Made by a program: the position numbers and the translations under genes
DNA from: Terriglobia bacterium
Lineage (GTDB): Bacteria; Acidobacteriota; Terriglobia; UBA7540
Direction of reading: 5' to 3'
Assembly: GCA_035945295.1 (NCBI GenBank)
Contig: DASZAI010000048.1
Location: 1-64,000, forward strand
Length of the DNA stretch: 64,000 nucleotides
In this document: positions 9,093-19,032 of the stretch, one piece after another
Layout: each line of letters opens with the position of its first letter
Numbering within the stretch: position 1 is the first letter of the stretch
Notes under the pieces: generated by a model
The model's database searches: none
The model's input: the letters and a program-made list of their open reading frames with translations, nothing else
What the model was told of the DNA's origin: nothing

Positions 9093-9581
9093 CTACTGTT
9101 TCACGCTTGTGGGCTTACGGAGAGCGCTCTGGGGGCTGCCGGGTTTCCTGAGACTGCGCTCCAGCCGCGCGATCGCCTCGTGGACTTTCTTGGCTTCGTC
9201 GGCCTGCTTCTCGGAGGGCAGCAGGTCAAGGTATCTCTGGTAAGCGTCGAGCGCCTTCAGCTTCAGTCCGATCTTTTCGTACGCCTTGCCTAGCCCCAAG
9301 TATCCCTGCGCATAGTAAGGGTCGGTTTGTGTAGCCTCTTCATAGCGGCTCAGCGCGGCGCGATACTGTTTCTTCCTGAAGTAATAATTGCCAATCTCGA
9401 CGGACTTGGGCGCGCCCGGCGGAGTGTAAACGGGCTCGTCCTCGTTGCTCGTGTCGCTCGCGGGGGGGCGCGAGCCGGGCTGATCCTGCGCGCGAACTGC
9501 CGTGGCGGCCAGAGCAAGGGCCAGGCCAAACGTCAGGGTTGGCGCGAGTAGAAAGCGCAAGAAAAGCCGCATGAATGGCAT
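9093..9581 (-). CDS. Secreted TPR-repeat protein
   Basis: signal peptide MPFMRLFLRFLLAPTLTFGLALALAATAVRAQ, then TPR units (GNYYFRKKQYRAALSRYEEATQTDPYYAQGYLGLGKAYEKIGLKLKALDAYQRYLDLLP). Confidence 0.55.
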   Translation of the reverse strand: MPFMRLFLRFLLAPTLTFGLALALAATAVRAQDQPGSRPPASDTSNEDEPVYTPPGAPKSVEIGNYYFRKKQYRAALSRYEEATQTDPYYAQGYLGLGKAYEKIGLKLKALDAYQRYLDLLPSEKQADEAKKVHEAIARLERSLRKPGSPQSALRKPTSVKQ

Positions 9582-9767
9582 TGTGCTCCGCCCGCTGCGC
9601 CCTGTCAATTGTCCGCTGCCCCGCGGGTGTCCCGCCGACTTTGCGATCTGGGCAACAGCGTAGCGGCTGAAGGTCGTCGCTCCCTTCCAGGGCAGGTTTC
9701 GAGTGTCGGTACAACGGAATCTTTGACAAGTTCCGGGCCAAGTGGATAATCGGAAAGGGAGGGAAGT

Positions 9768-11591
9768 TTGAACGAGGCCTGCCGCCAGAAAGCCGAGGCG
9801 CTGCCCAGCCAGCCCGGCGTCTACATCTTCAAAGACCAGGACGGCCGGCCCATCTACGTCGGCAAGGCGAAGTCGCTCAAGAGCCGCGTGCGTTCGTACT
9901 TTCAGGAGCACCGGCCGTTAGACGAGAAGCGCGATTTGATGCTCGAGGCGGCCGAGGACTTCGAAGCCATCCTCGTCGACAATGAGAAAGAGTCGCTCGC
10001 CCTCGAGAACAACCTCATCAAACAGTTCAAGCCGCGATACAACATCCTGCTACGTGATGACAAGAGTTACCCCTACATCAAGCTGACGCTCGCCGAGCGG
10101 TATCCGCGAGTCTATGTGACGCGGCGCTTGAAGAAGGACGGCTCGCACTACTACGGCCCCTACTTTCCCGCCAACCTCGCCTACCGTATCGTGGACCTGA
10201 TCCATCGCTGCTTCCTCGTGCCGTCGTGCAACGTGGATCTCACCCGCTCTCATCCACGGCCTTGCCTCCAGTATTACATCAAGCGCTGTCAGGGCCCATG
10301 CGTTGAGGGCTTGACCACGCCTGAGCGCTATGCTGAGGCCGTCCGCCTGGTGCGACTGCTGCTCGCCGGGCGCGACAGCGACCTGGCTCAAGTCCTGCGC
10401 CAGTCGATGCAGAAGGCATCCGAAGGCCAGCAGTATGAGGATGCGGCGCGCTACCGCGACATGCTCGCGACCATCGAGCAGCTCCGCGAGCGCCAAAAGA
10501 TGGCGGCGCGCGACGGCGAAGACGTGGACATCTTCGGGTTCCACCAGGAGGAGAAACTTCTGGCGGTGAACCTCTTTCACCTGCGCGGCGGCCGCATCGT
10601 CGACCGGCGCGAGTTCTTCTGGGAGGACCTCGGAGACTTCAACCCGCGCGAATTCTTCTCCTCGTTGCTCAAGCAGCTCTATCTCGACCAGCATTATCTG
10701 CCGGGAGAGATCCACGTGCCTGCTGATTTCGACGATCGCGCCGTGCTCGAAGAGATGCTGTCTGAGAAGCGCGGCCGGCCGCTTCACATCCTCACGCCCC
10801 AGGCCGGACCCAAGCGCGCTATGGCGGAACTCGTGGCGCGCAACGCTCGTCATTCTTTCGAGCGGCGCTTCCGCATAATGAAACCGCGTGCCCGCGAGGT
10901 GATCGAGAACCTGACTGAGGCGCTCGACCTCCCCAAGCCGCCGAACCGCATCGAGTGTTTCGACGTGTCGCACATCCAGGGCTCGGACATAGTCGCTTCG
11001 ATGGTGGTCTGGGAAGACGAGCACATGAAGAAGTCCGACTACCGCAAGTTCATCATCAAGACGGTGCCCCAGAACGACGACTTCGCCAGCATGCGCGAAG
11101 TGGTCGGACGGCGCTACCGGCGGCTCCAGGAGGAGAAGAAGCCGTTCCCCGACTTGATCCTGGTGGACGGCGGTCTCGGCCAGCTTCACGCGGCTGCCCA
11201 GGCGCTCGAAGCGCTCGAAATCATCAACCAGCCGCTCGCCGCTATCGCTAAGAAGGAGGAAATCCTTTACGTGCTGGGGCGCGAGTCGGAGCCGGTGGTA
11301 CTCGACCACCATTCGCCGGTGCTGCACCTCGTCCAGCAGATTCGCGATGAGGCGCATCGCTTCGCGGTCACTTTCCACCGCGCACGGCGCTCAGGACGCG
11401 AGCTCTCGAGTGAACTGCTGAAGATACCCGGGGTGGGGGAGCGAACGGTCAGGAAGGTTCTAACTCATTTTGGCAGCCTCAGCGCGCTGAAATCAGTATC
11501 CTCTGAGGAGCTGAGCCAAGTCGTCAAGCCCTATCAGGCGAAACTGATCCACGAGTATCTGCGAAGCCATTTGACGCCCGCATCCTATTAA
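9768..11591 (+). CDS. uvrC: Excinuclease ABC subunit C
   Basis: GIY-YIG motif (GVYIFKD..GRPIYVGKAKSLKSRVRSYF), UvrBC-interaction region, C-terminal RNase H-like and HhH (LKIPGVGERTVRKVLTHFGSL) domains; 607 aa; TTG start. Confidence 0.9.
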   Translation: MNEACRQKAEALPSQPGVYIFKDQDGRPIYVGKAKSLKSRVRSYFQEHRPLDEKRDLMLEAAEDFEAILVDNEKESLALENNLIKQFKPRYNILLRDDKSYPYIKLTLAERYPRVYVTRRLKKDGSHYYGPYFPANLAYRIVDLIHRCFLVPSCNVDLTRSHPRPCLQYYIKRCQGPCVEGLTTPERYAEAVRLVRLLLAGRDSDLAQVLRQSMQKASEGQQYEDAARYRDMLATIEQLRERQKMAARDGEDVDIFGFHQEEKLLAVNLFHLRGGRIVDRREFFWEDLGDFNPREFFSSLLKQLYLDQHYLPGEIHVPADFDDRAVLEEMLSEKRGRPLHILTPQAGPKRAMAELVARNARHSFERRFRIMKPRAREVIENLTEALDLPKPPNRIECFDVSHIQGSDIVASMVVWEDEHMKKSDYRKFIIKTVPQNDDFASMREVVGRRYRRLQEEKKPFPDLILVDGGLGQLHAAAQALEALEIINQPLAAIAKKEEILYVLGRESEPVVLDHHSPVLHLVQQIRDEAHRFAVTFHRARRSGRELSSELLKIPGVGERTVRKVLTHFGSLSALKSVSSEELSQVVKPYQAKLIHEYLRSHLTPASY

Positions 11592-11682
11592 TAAACAGTC
11601 TGGACGGTCGGTATACAAATTATTCCTTGCCTTGTACTTGACATGGTGTTATCTATTGTCTTGTCTGGGTAAGGAGGCTTTT

Positions 11683-11949
11683 ATGAACACGAGCAACGGT
11701 TCCAGATCAGTGACCATTTTCCTAGCCGGCTTGAGCGTCGGGGCGGTAACGGCACTCCTCCTCGCGCCCAAATCGGGGAAAGAGACCCGTGAGTTGATTG
11801 GCCGGAAAGCTGAGGAAGGGTCAGAATACGTGGCGGCTAAGGGTCGCGAGCTTCGGCGTCAAGCCGAGGACTTTGTCGATCGTGGCCGCAAGACCGCCGA
11901 ACGGGTGGCGGAGCGCGGTAAGGCTTTTGCCGATCGCGTCGCGGGTTAA
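11683..11949 (+). CDS. YtxH-domain general-stress-like protein (paralog 1)
   Basis: AAGGAGG 8 nt upstream of the ATG; single N-terminal TM followed by LLAPKSGKETRELIGRKAEEG..., typical of YtxH/DUF948-like proteins. Confidence 0.55.
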   Translation: MNTSNGSRSVTIFLAGLSVGAVTALLLAPKSGKETRELIGRKAEEGSEYVAAKGRELRRQAEDFVDRGRKTAERVAERGKAFADRVAG

Positions 11950-12108
11950 CCGGGATACGCCCGAACCACTGGCGCTGGGAGCGAAGGCGGTGTCGCCGGT
12001 CAAGCTCCCGGACGCGAGTCGCGCGAAGGCTGCGCTAGGGCTTCTCCCTCACCGCTGAACATCAAGTTGAATACACGCACGAGCACGGACTGTTACGAGG
12101 AGGATCCC

Positions 12109-12405
12109 ATGGGTGATAATAACGGCGGATCGAACTTCGCCTTTTTTGTAGCGGGACTCGGCCTTGGCGCCATGTTCGCGCTGCTCTTTGCTCCCAAGTC
12201 CGGCGAGGAAACAAGGGAATACCTGGCACAGAAGGCGGGCGAGGGCCGGGACTACGTCGCGGGCAAAGGCCGTGAACTGCGGCGGCAGGCCGAGGATTTC
12301 GTCGAACGTGGCAAGGACATCGTGGCGCAGCAGAAAGAGCAGTTAGCGGCGGCATTTGATGCCGGCAAGCAGGCATATCAGGAGGAGAAGGTAAAACCCC
12401 GGTAG
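12109..12405 (+). CDS. YtxH-domain protein (paralog 2)
   Basis: roughly 45 % identical to the upstream paralog (FAFFVAGLGLGAMFALLFAPKSGEETREYLAQKAGEGRDYVAGKGRELRRQAEDFVERG). Confidence 0.55.
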   Translation: MGDNNGGSNFAFFVAGLGLGAMFALLFAPKSGEETREYLAQKAGEGRDYVAGKGRELRRQAEDFVERGKDIVAQQKEQLAAAFDAGKQAYQEEKVKPR

Positions 12406-12458
12406 GCTGTGAGCGGGTCGCGCGCCACAAGGCGGGGCGCCCCGCATGAGAATCCATC

Positions 12459-12977
12459 ATGTCTGATACTTGGCTGGTCGTCTTTGTGCTGTTGGCTGCC
12501 ATCGCCATCCTGCTCCAGGCGCTGGTGATGGTCGGCATCTACTTCGCGCTGCAAAACCTTCACCGCGACATCCTGGGTATCCAGGTGGATACCAAGCAGA
12601 AGCTCGAGTCGCTGAGCCAGATGAGCCAGCGCGTCATCGAGTTCGTTGCTGACTCGCGCGAGCCGGTCCGCACTCTGACCACGAACCTGGCGGAGATCAG
12701 CCGCACTCTACGCGAACGCACGGCGCAGTGGGATGGAGTGGCGGAAGATCTCGCCGACCGCACTCGCCTCCAGATCATCCGCCTGGATCAGATGGTGACC
12801 GCTCTGGTCGAGAGGGCGGAGAGCACGGCGGGGGTGGTCGAGAAGAGCATCCTTACGCCCGTCCAAGAGGTCACGGCGGTGCTCGCCGGCATCCGCAAGG
12901 GTCTGGACTTCCTGTTTACGCGCCGCCGGGCCACCAGCGTGAGTGACGTGGCGCAAGACGAGCAAATGTTCATCTAA
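12459..12977 (+). CDS. Hypothetical membrane-anchored protein
   Basis: N-terminal TM helix (LVVFVLLAAIAILLQALVMVGIYFAL), then a predicted helical/coiled region; no homology recognised. Confidence 0.4.
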   Translation: MSDTWLVVFVLLAAIAILLQALVMVGIYFALQNLHRDILGIQVDTKQKLESLSQMSQRVIEFVADSREPVRTLTTNLAEISRTLRERTAQWDGVAEDLADRTRLQIIRLDQMVTALVERAESTAGVVEKSILTPVQEVTAVLAGIRKGLDFLFTRRRATSVSDVAQDEQMFI

Positions 12978-13024
12978 CCCTAGAGTGGCTATAGCGGCGG
13001 TGTCGCCACCGCCGCTTTTGAGAC

Positions 13025-13807
13025 TTGCCCACACCTCCCCAGCGACCAAAGCATTCGACTGCCATTGCGATCTTCGCGCGGCACCCTGTCCCCGGCAGAA
13101 CCAAGACACGACTTATCCCGCTGCTGGGCCGCGCCGGCGCAGCGGATCTGCAAGGGGCGCTCATCCAGGACACATCACGCAAGGTTGCAGCTCTCACTGC
13201 GCATTCGGTGCGGCTGGCCGCTTATCTGTTCCTTCCCGTTCAGCATCGGTGGGGCCGTCAAACGAAGTCGCGGACCTCCAAAGTCTACGCCAGCCCCTGC
13301 CCTCCGGGGTGTACGATCCTCCCGCAACAGGGACGCGGGCTTGGGGTGCGCCTCGACGACGCTTTCCGCACGCTGCTCGGTCGGCACGCTTCTGCGGTGG
13401 TGATCGGTGCGGACTCGCCGCTACTCGCGCCTCGGACTTTGCACGTGGCGCTACGCGAACTGCGCGTGTGTGACGCCGTGCTGGGTCCGTGTCCGGATGG
13501 GGGATACTATCTGGTGGGCTTGAGCGGCCGGGCGCGCGCCGCGCTCGGCCGGCGCGGCGTGTTCGCTGGCGTGCGCTGGGGCACCGCTCTCGCCTTTCGC
13601 GATACGCTGCGGAACCTCCTGGCGCGCGGCTTCTCCTGCTCGATTCTCGAGCCAGTCGCCGACCTCGACCGTCCTCGCGACTTCCATCGCCTGGCCAGGC
13701 AGCTAGCCCGCGATCCCGCGGCGCGGCGCCTCGCGCCGGCGACGTGGGGATTCGTCAAGACGGTTGGAATTGTGAGCTGGACCGCGAAGGCGCTGCCTTT
13801 GAGATGA
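13025..13807 (+). CDS. TIGR04282/DUF2064-family nucleotidyltransferase-like (glycosyltransferase-like) protein
   Basis: AIAIFARHPVPGRTKTRLIPLLG ... DGGYYLVGL pattern typical of the DUF2064 family; TTG start. Confidence 0.5.
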   Translation: MPTPPQRPKHSTAIAIFARHPVPGRTKTRLIPLLGRAGAADLQGALIQDTSRKVAALTAHSVRLAAYLFLPVQHRWGRQTKSRTSKVYASPCPPGCTILPQQGRGLGVRLDDAFRTLLGRHASAVVIGADSPLLAPRTLHVALRELRVCDAVLGPCPDGGYYLVGLSGRARAALGRRGVFAGVRWGTALAFRDTLRNLLARGFSCSILEPVADLDRPRDFHRLARQLARDPAARRLAPATWGFVKTVGIVSWTAKALPLR

Positions 13808-13808
13808 A

Positions 13809-14273
13809 TCACACCCGAATCGCCTCGACCGTTACGCGGTCGCTGGCATCCCAGCCCGCATAGTAAAGCTCGACGGCCAACTGCGGAAACTCCTTGGTCA
13901 GCGCGCTCTGGATGCGCCGCAGGTCCTGCTCCTGACGCGCGCGCGGCTCGGGTGAATCGTGCAGGTGAAGGGGAAGGCCTTTGTACCAGGCACAGTCCTG
14001 ATGCTGAATCAGGATGAGCCGCTCGAGGTCGTGCCGCTCCACGAAGAAGCGGAACCACCGCCAGCTCGACCAGGAAAACTTGGGCAGATACTCCACCAGC
14101 GTCAGGCTCTGCGGTCCTCCGGGAACGACCAGCAAATCGTAATTGCCACCGAGGTTCAACCCTTGGCTCAGGAATTCGTGGAAGGCCGCCTGAAACCGAT
14201 GGTCGCCGCAGTGGACCGCGAGCACATCGGTGTCGGTGGGATTCAGCTTGGCGCCGGGCTGATAGGTATTCAT
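13809..14273 (-). CDS. Beta-carbonic-anhydrase-like protein (divergent)
   Basis: contains C-x-D-x-R (HCGDHR) and H-x-x-C (HQDCAW), the two zinc-ligand motifs of beta-class carbonic anhydrases, spaced as in the family; rest of the sequence is divergent. Confidence 0.35.
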   Translation of the reverse strand: MNTYQPGAKLNPTDTDVLAVHCGDHRFQAAFHEFLSQGLNLGGNYDLLVVPGGPQSLTLVEYLPKFSWSSWRWFRFFVERHDLERLILIQHQDCAWYKGLPLHLHDSPEPRARQEQDLRRIQSALTKEFPQLAVELYYAGWDASDRVTVEAIRV

Positions 14274-14302
14274 GCCAAGGGCAGGCGCGCGGAATCACGC
14301 GC

Positions 14303-15898
14303 TTACGACTTCTCGGGCTTGGCCTTCTCCGTCGGCGTCGCGGCTTCCACCACTCTGGCCGCTTCCGTGAGCTTGCCGCCGTTCACGCCCAGTTGCGAGA
14401 GGACGGTGGGGAGGTCGAGGCCTAGCGCCTGAAGTTGCTGGAGCAGTCCGAAGACGAGCGCCGGTCCGGTTTGCGCCACGCGTCCGATGCCGCCCGTGCC
14501 GTCGCCGCCTCCGCCGCCGTTCCCCTGCTCGATGACTACCACCTTGTCGATATTCCCCAGCGGCGCCGCCACTGCTCCAAAGATCCCCGCCGAGGCCTGC
14601 AAGACGCTGGGCAGGCGTTCCAAAATCGTCTGCAGCTTGGCCGCTTCGTTGAACTGCTTCCACGCCTCGGCCTTCTTCAGGATGGCCTGCGCCTCGGCCA
14701 CGCCCTGGGCCTCGATGGCGCGCGCCTGGGCCAGTCCCATAGCCTCGATCTTGGAGGCTTCGGCTCGGCCCTCGGCTTCGACCGCCGCGGCACGTCCCAA
14801 GCCTTCCTGCTTCAGCTTCTCCTGCTGCGCCTCGGCCAGGGCGATCTGCGCGGACTTGGTACCCTCGGCTTCGAGGATGGCCGCCTGCTTCGCGGCCTCG
14901 GCGCGCAGGATCGCCGCCTGCCGCTCGGCCTCGGCGGGCTTGATCACCGTGGCTTCGAGATCCTTCTGCTTGCGCTGCACTTCCTGCTCCTGGACGGAGA
15001 TCTGCTCCTGCGTCCGCATCCTTTCGACGCGCACTTCCTCCACCACCACCTGCTGCCGCGCCTTGGCTTCGGAGAGCGGACCAGCCTGGGCGGCGGTGGC
15101 CTTCTGCGTCTCGACCTCGGCCAGGAACTGCGCCTGCTTGATCTGGAAGTCGCGTTGCGCCCCGGCGATGTTGGCGTCGGCGTCGAACTTGGCCCTCTCG
15201 CCTTGCTGCATGGCCTCGGCGGACTTGATCTTCGAGTCGCGCGTCGCTTCCGCCTCGCCGATGGTGCCGTCGCGCTTCACCTCCGCGGTACGCTTCTTGC
15301 CTAGCGCGTCGAGATAACCTTCTTCATCGCTGATTTCCTGCACCGTCAGCACGTCGACGCCGATGCCCATGCGCTCGAGGTCCTGCGCCGCTTCCGACGT
15401 GAGCTTCTGGGCGAAACTCTGCCGGTCACTGTTCACCTCTTCGACAGTCAGGGTGCCGAGAATCGCCCGCAGGTGTCCTTCCAGCGTCTGAAAGATCACC
15501 CTCTGAATCTGGTCGGGCGGCATACCCAGGAAGCGCTCCGCGGCGGCGCGCAGCGATATGTCGTCGCTCTTGATCTTGACGTTGGCGACCGCCTTGACCG
15601 AGATGGGGACGCCCTTCAGCGTATAGGCGCGCTTGATCTCGAGCGGAATGGTGAAGACGTTGAGCGAGAGGTAGTCCACTTGCTCGAGCAGGGGGAATCG
15701 GAAGGTGGCGCCGCCATTGACGACGCGGTAGCCGACCTGCTTGCCGTCCGCCGTCTTGCGTTTGCGCCCGCTCAGCACCGCCACGGCGTTGGGCGGCACC
15801 TTCAGGTAGTTCCGGCTGAACAGCGCCATGGCGATGATCAGCGACAGCACTACCAGGACGACGATGATGGGAATAAAGAACTGTGTCACCATGCTCAT
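14303..15898 (-). CDS. Flotillin/SPFH (band 7) domain protein
   Basis: N-terminal TM, SPFH domain, then a long Ala/Glu/Gln-rich coiled-coil (EA repeats) as in FloA/YqiK-type flotillins. Confidence 0.85.
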   Translation of the reverse strand: MSMVTQFFIPIIVVLVVLSLIIAMALFSRNYLKVPPNAVAVLSGRKRKTADGKQVGYRVVNGGATFRFPLLEQVDYLSLNVFTIPLEIKRAYTLKGVPISVKAVANVKIKSDDISLRAAAERFLGMPPDQIQRVIFQTLEGHLRAILGTLTVEEVNSDRQSFAQKLTSEAAQDLERMGIGVDVLTVQEISDEEGYLDALGKKRTAEVKRDGTIGEAEATRDSKIKSAEAMQQGERAKFDADANIAGAQRDFQIKQAQFLAEVETQKATAAQAGPLSEAKARQQVVVEEVRVERMRTQEQISVQEQEVQRKQKDLEATVIKPAEAERQAAILRAEAAKQAAILEAEGTKSAQIALAEAQQEKLKQEGLGRAAAVEAEGRAEASKIEAMGLAQARAIEAQGVAEAQAILKKAEAWKQFNEAAKLQTILERLPSVLQASAGIFGAVAAPLGNIDKVVVIEQGNGGGGGDGTGGIGRVAQTGPALVFGLLQQLQALGLDLPTVLSQLGVNGGKLTEAARVVEAATPTEKAKPEKS

Positions 15899-15927
15899 GG
15901 CTTTCTCCCTCGCTCAATCCGCATCTG

Positions 15928-16488
15928 CTACAAGCGCCGCACCACCACCGTGTCGCCCAGCACGGCCTCGATCTTCACCGAGGTGTTCAGCGGAATCTCG
16001 CCGCCGTCCTGTGCCTGCGCGATTTTCTCGACGACGCTTTCGCCGAGCGCACAACGGATCTGCCCCACCCCGCCTTTGGGGACCGCCACGCTCACCTGCG
16101 CCGTGCGTCCGATTAGCTCGCTCACCCTAATGTCGCTCGAGGCCTGCTGGCTGTAAAGAAAACTCGCGAACAGGTAGATAAGACCGCCGAAAATCAACCC
16201 GCCCACGAGGCCCACTGCGGTTGCGACTTCGATCCGATAGCCCAGATGGATGCCGATGGCGCCAAATCCGCCAAAGGCGGTCACAAACACGCTCAGTACG
16301 CGGGTGCTGAAGAAGCTGACACCGTGGATGTCGCCGTGAACGTCGCCGTGCAGGTCGGCGTCGTGACCGCCCAGGTCGCCGTGTCCAAAGAGTTCACCGA
16401 AGACGAAGCTGGCGAGCAGAAACAGGAATCCGATGGAAGCGATGGCGAGGAAGATCGCGAAGGCCGAGAATCCAGCCAGAAAGAACAT
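15928..16488 (-). CDS. NfeD-family membrane protein (flotillin partner)
   Basis: hydrophobic N-terminal half plus a C-terminal OB-fold-like region; lies immediately upstream of the flotillin gene, in operon-like arrangement. Confidence 0.7.
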   Translation of the reverse strand: MFFLAGFSAFAIFLAIASIGFLFLLASFVFGELFGHGDLGGHDADLHGDVHGDIHGVSFFSTRVLSVFVTAFGGFGAIGIHLGYRIEVATAVGLVGGLIFGGLIYLFASFLYSQQASSDIRVSELIGRTAQVSVAVPKGGVGQIRCALGESVVEKIAQAQDGGEIPLNTSVKIEAVLGDTVVVRRL

Positions 16489-16776
16489 GCCACAAGCCTC
16501 CCCGCCGCCGAGGGCGCGCTTCCGGCACGCGAGACCCAGTGCGTTCGAGAATCCGCCTTTCGGGGGGCTTTACTGTAGAACGCGGGTGGGGCGAAGTCAA
16601 GGCGAGTTGCCGGGCAGACTAGCCTCAGCACGGGCTGAATCCGCTTGACAAGCCAGGCAGCCCGCCGCATCATAACGGCCTTCTGTCAGACGGAAGCGGG
16701 CGCCTAGCCGCTGGCCAGAAAAGAATTTCGCGGAACGCAGGGAAGGTCGGGAGTGTGTTTGTAAGCAACTGATTCC

Positions 16777-18132
16777 ATGAAACATCTTTCCAAGGTCGTC
16801 TGGTCGGAGGGCATGTACCTGGGGCCGCATCATTTCCAGGCCCAGGGGCGCTACTTCGAGGACACCGTCCAGTTCGGCATCTCGTCGTTGTGGTTTGAGC
16901 CTTACGGCTTGATCGGCTGTCAGCTCGACGCCGAGGCGCTGCGCAACGGGACCGTCTCGCTCGTCCACGCGCGCGGAGTGTTCCCCGACGGCTTGCCTTT
17001 TCATATGCCGGAGAGCGATCCGTTGCCCGCCGCACGTAACATCGCTGAGCTGTTCCCGCCCACCCACGAGAGTCTAGGCGTGATGCTGGCGATCAGTCCA
17101 CGGGTCGCGGGCGCCGTGAACTGCGTCCTCTCGGAAGCCGAGTCGCACGACAGCGTCCGCTTCATCGCCGAAAACCAGTTGCTGCACGACGACAACACCG
17201 GGGGCGACGAGAAGCCGGTGCGGCTGGGTCGCAAGAACATCCGTCTGCTGCTCGATACCGAGGAGCCCGGCGCGCTCTTGACCCTGCCTTTGGCGCGCGT
17301 CACCCGCGACACCTCCGGCCACTTCATCTATGACGAGCGATTCATCCCGCCCTGCCTTGATATCGCGGCGAGCGATCGCCTCATGATGCTCACGCGGCGG
17401 CTGATCGAGATTCTGGAGGAGAAAAGCGCGACGCTCTCGCGCGCCAATCGCACGCGAAGCGGATTCTCGGGCGGCTTCTCGCCGCAGGAGGTCGCGACCT
17501 TCTGGTATCTGCACTCGATCAACTCGAGCCTCGCGACGCTGCGTCACCTCTATTTCTCGAAGCGCGGTCATCCTGAAGAGTTGTTTGTTGAGTTGCTGCG
17601 CCTGGGAGGCGCGCTGTGCACCTTCAAAGTCGATTCGCATCCCAAGGAGCTGCCGCTCTACGATCACCGGAACCTGGAGAAATGTTTTGAGGCTCTCGAT
17701 GAGCACATTCGCGCCCACCTGGAAGTGATCTTCCCGCAGAACTGTGTGGCCATCCCGCTGCAGGCGGTGGGCAAGTACCTCTACGCGGGTGAGATCACCG
17801 ACCAGCGGTGCCTCGACCGCGCGCGCTGGATTCTGGGCATCCAGTCGCCGGTGGGCGAAGCGGACCTGATCGCGCGGACGGCGCAGCTCGTCAAAGTCTG
17901 CTCGAGCCAGTTCGTTCCCGAACTGGTCAAGCGCGCGCTGCCCGGCCTGACGCTGACGCACCAGCCGGTGCCGCCCTCCGCCGTTTCGCCCCGCGTCGAC
18001 CACCAATATTTCGTCATCAATCGCGCCGGCCCTTGCTGGGACCACATCGTCAAGACGAGGCGCGTGGGTATCTACGTGCCGGGCGAGTTGCCCAACCCGG
18101 AACTGGAGTTGCTGGTTCTCCTCGAAGGCTGA
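16777..18132 (+). CDS. tssK: Type VI secretion baseplate protein TssK (ImpJ/VasE)
   Basis: N-terminus VVWSEGMYLGPHHFQ is the hallmark TssK motif; 451 aa. Confidence 0.9.
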   Translation: MKHLSKVVWSEGMYLGPHHFQAQGRYFEDTVQFGISSLWFEPYGLIGCQLDAEALRNGTVSLVHARGVFPDGLPFHMPESDPLPAARNIAELFPPTHESLGVMLAISPRVAGAVNCVLSEAESHDSVRFIAENQLLHDDNTGGDEKPVRLGRKNIRLLLDTEEPGALLTLPLARVTRDTSGHFIYDERFIPPCLDIAASDRLMMLTRRLIEILEEKSATLSRANRTRSGFSGGFSPQEVATFWYLHSINSSLATLRHLYFSKRGHPEELFVELLRLGGALCTFKVDSHPKELPLYDHRNLEKCFEALDEHIRAHLEVIFPQNCVAIPLQAVGKYLYAGEITDQRCLDRARWILGIQSPVGEADLIARTAQLVKVCSSQFVPELVKRALPGLTLTHQPVPPSAVSPRVDHQYFVINRAGPCWDHIVKTRRVGIYVPGELPNPELELLVLLEG

Positions 18133-18188
18133 TGGTCGCGACGCGCATCACCGCCCCGTCGGTACGGGTCGAGGATTAAGGACAACCT

Positions 18189-18914
18189 ATGGGAACACCA
18201 CCTTCAAGAAGCGTTCAGGCCGAGCCCGCCCCGCGCCGCTCCGACAACCTGGCGCTGGTCTTCCAGGAGCTGTTTACCGTGATCGTGCGGCTGCGCTCGA
18301 ATCGCCAGGCGGTGGCCGATGCCGAAGCGTTTCGCAACGCCATGCGCGGCGCGCTGAAGCGCGCCGAGCAGGACGCGCTGACGCGAGGATACAACTCTGA
18401 CGACGTCCGTCTGGCAGCTTTCGCGCTCGTCGCCTTTCTCGATGAATCCGTGCTCAACTCGCGCAAGCCAGTCTTCGAGGACTGGTCGCGCAAGCCGATG
18501 CAGGAGGAATTGTTCGGCGGGCACATGGCGGGTGAAGTCTTCTTTCAGACGCTCGAGCGGTTGCTCGGGCGGCGCGACTCGCGCGAGCTCGCCGACCTCC
18601 TGGAAGTCTTTGAGCTCTGCCTGCTGCTCGGCTTCAAGGGTCGGTACAGCATTTCCGGGCCCGAGGCGCTGCGCGGCATTCGCGACGCGGTGGCGGAGAA
18701 AATCGGGCGGATCCGTGGACCGCTGGGGCGATTGTCGCCCGGCTGGGCGCCCGACCCGGTGGCGCCCCGCTACACGGACCCCTGGATTCGCAGGCTGCTG
18801 TTTGCCGGAGTCGCGTGTCTGGTGTTGGCCGTGGTGCTCTTTGTCGGCTTCAAGTTTTCGCTCAGCTCGGGAATTTCCGAGCTGCGCGAGATATCCACGC
18901 ACGCGGGCCGCTAG
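18189..18914 (+). CDS. tssL: Type VI secretion membrane protein TssL (DotU/ImpK family)
   Basis: DotU-like cytoplasmic domain (LALVFQELFTVIVRLR...FALVAFLDE...) followed by a single C-terminal TM helix. Confidence 0.85.
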   Translation: MGTPPSRSVQAEPAPRRSDNLALVFQELFTVIVRLRSNRQAVADAEAFRNAMRGALKRAEQDALTRGYNSDDVRLAAFALVAFLDESVLNSRKPVFEDWSRKPMQEELFGGHMAGEVFFQTLERLLGRRDSRELADLLEVFELCLLLGFKGRYSISGPEALRGIRDAVAEKIGRIRGPLGRLSPGWAPDPVAPRYTDPWIRRLLFAGVACLVLAVVLFVGFKFSLSSGISELREISTHAGR

Positions 18915-19032
18915 TGTCGCGTAACTGAGATAAGTAGCGCTGGACCGCCTGCGAAAGGGCGCGCCTTCGGGCGCGCTGAAAGGCGCTGCGAGTGGAGTAC
19001 GGCTTTAGTCGCCGAGGTGTTGGGGGGTTCGA

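Noticed and set aside
12943-13473. Overlapping alternative-frame ORFs (12943-13473, 13065-13403) upstream of or within the DUF2064 gene
   Set aside because: Their translations are Arg/Pro-rich low complexity. The 13025 frame carries the family motif.
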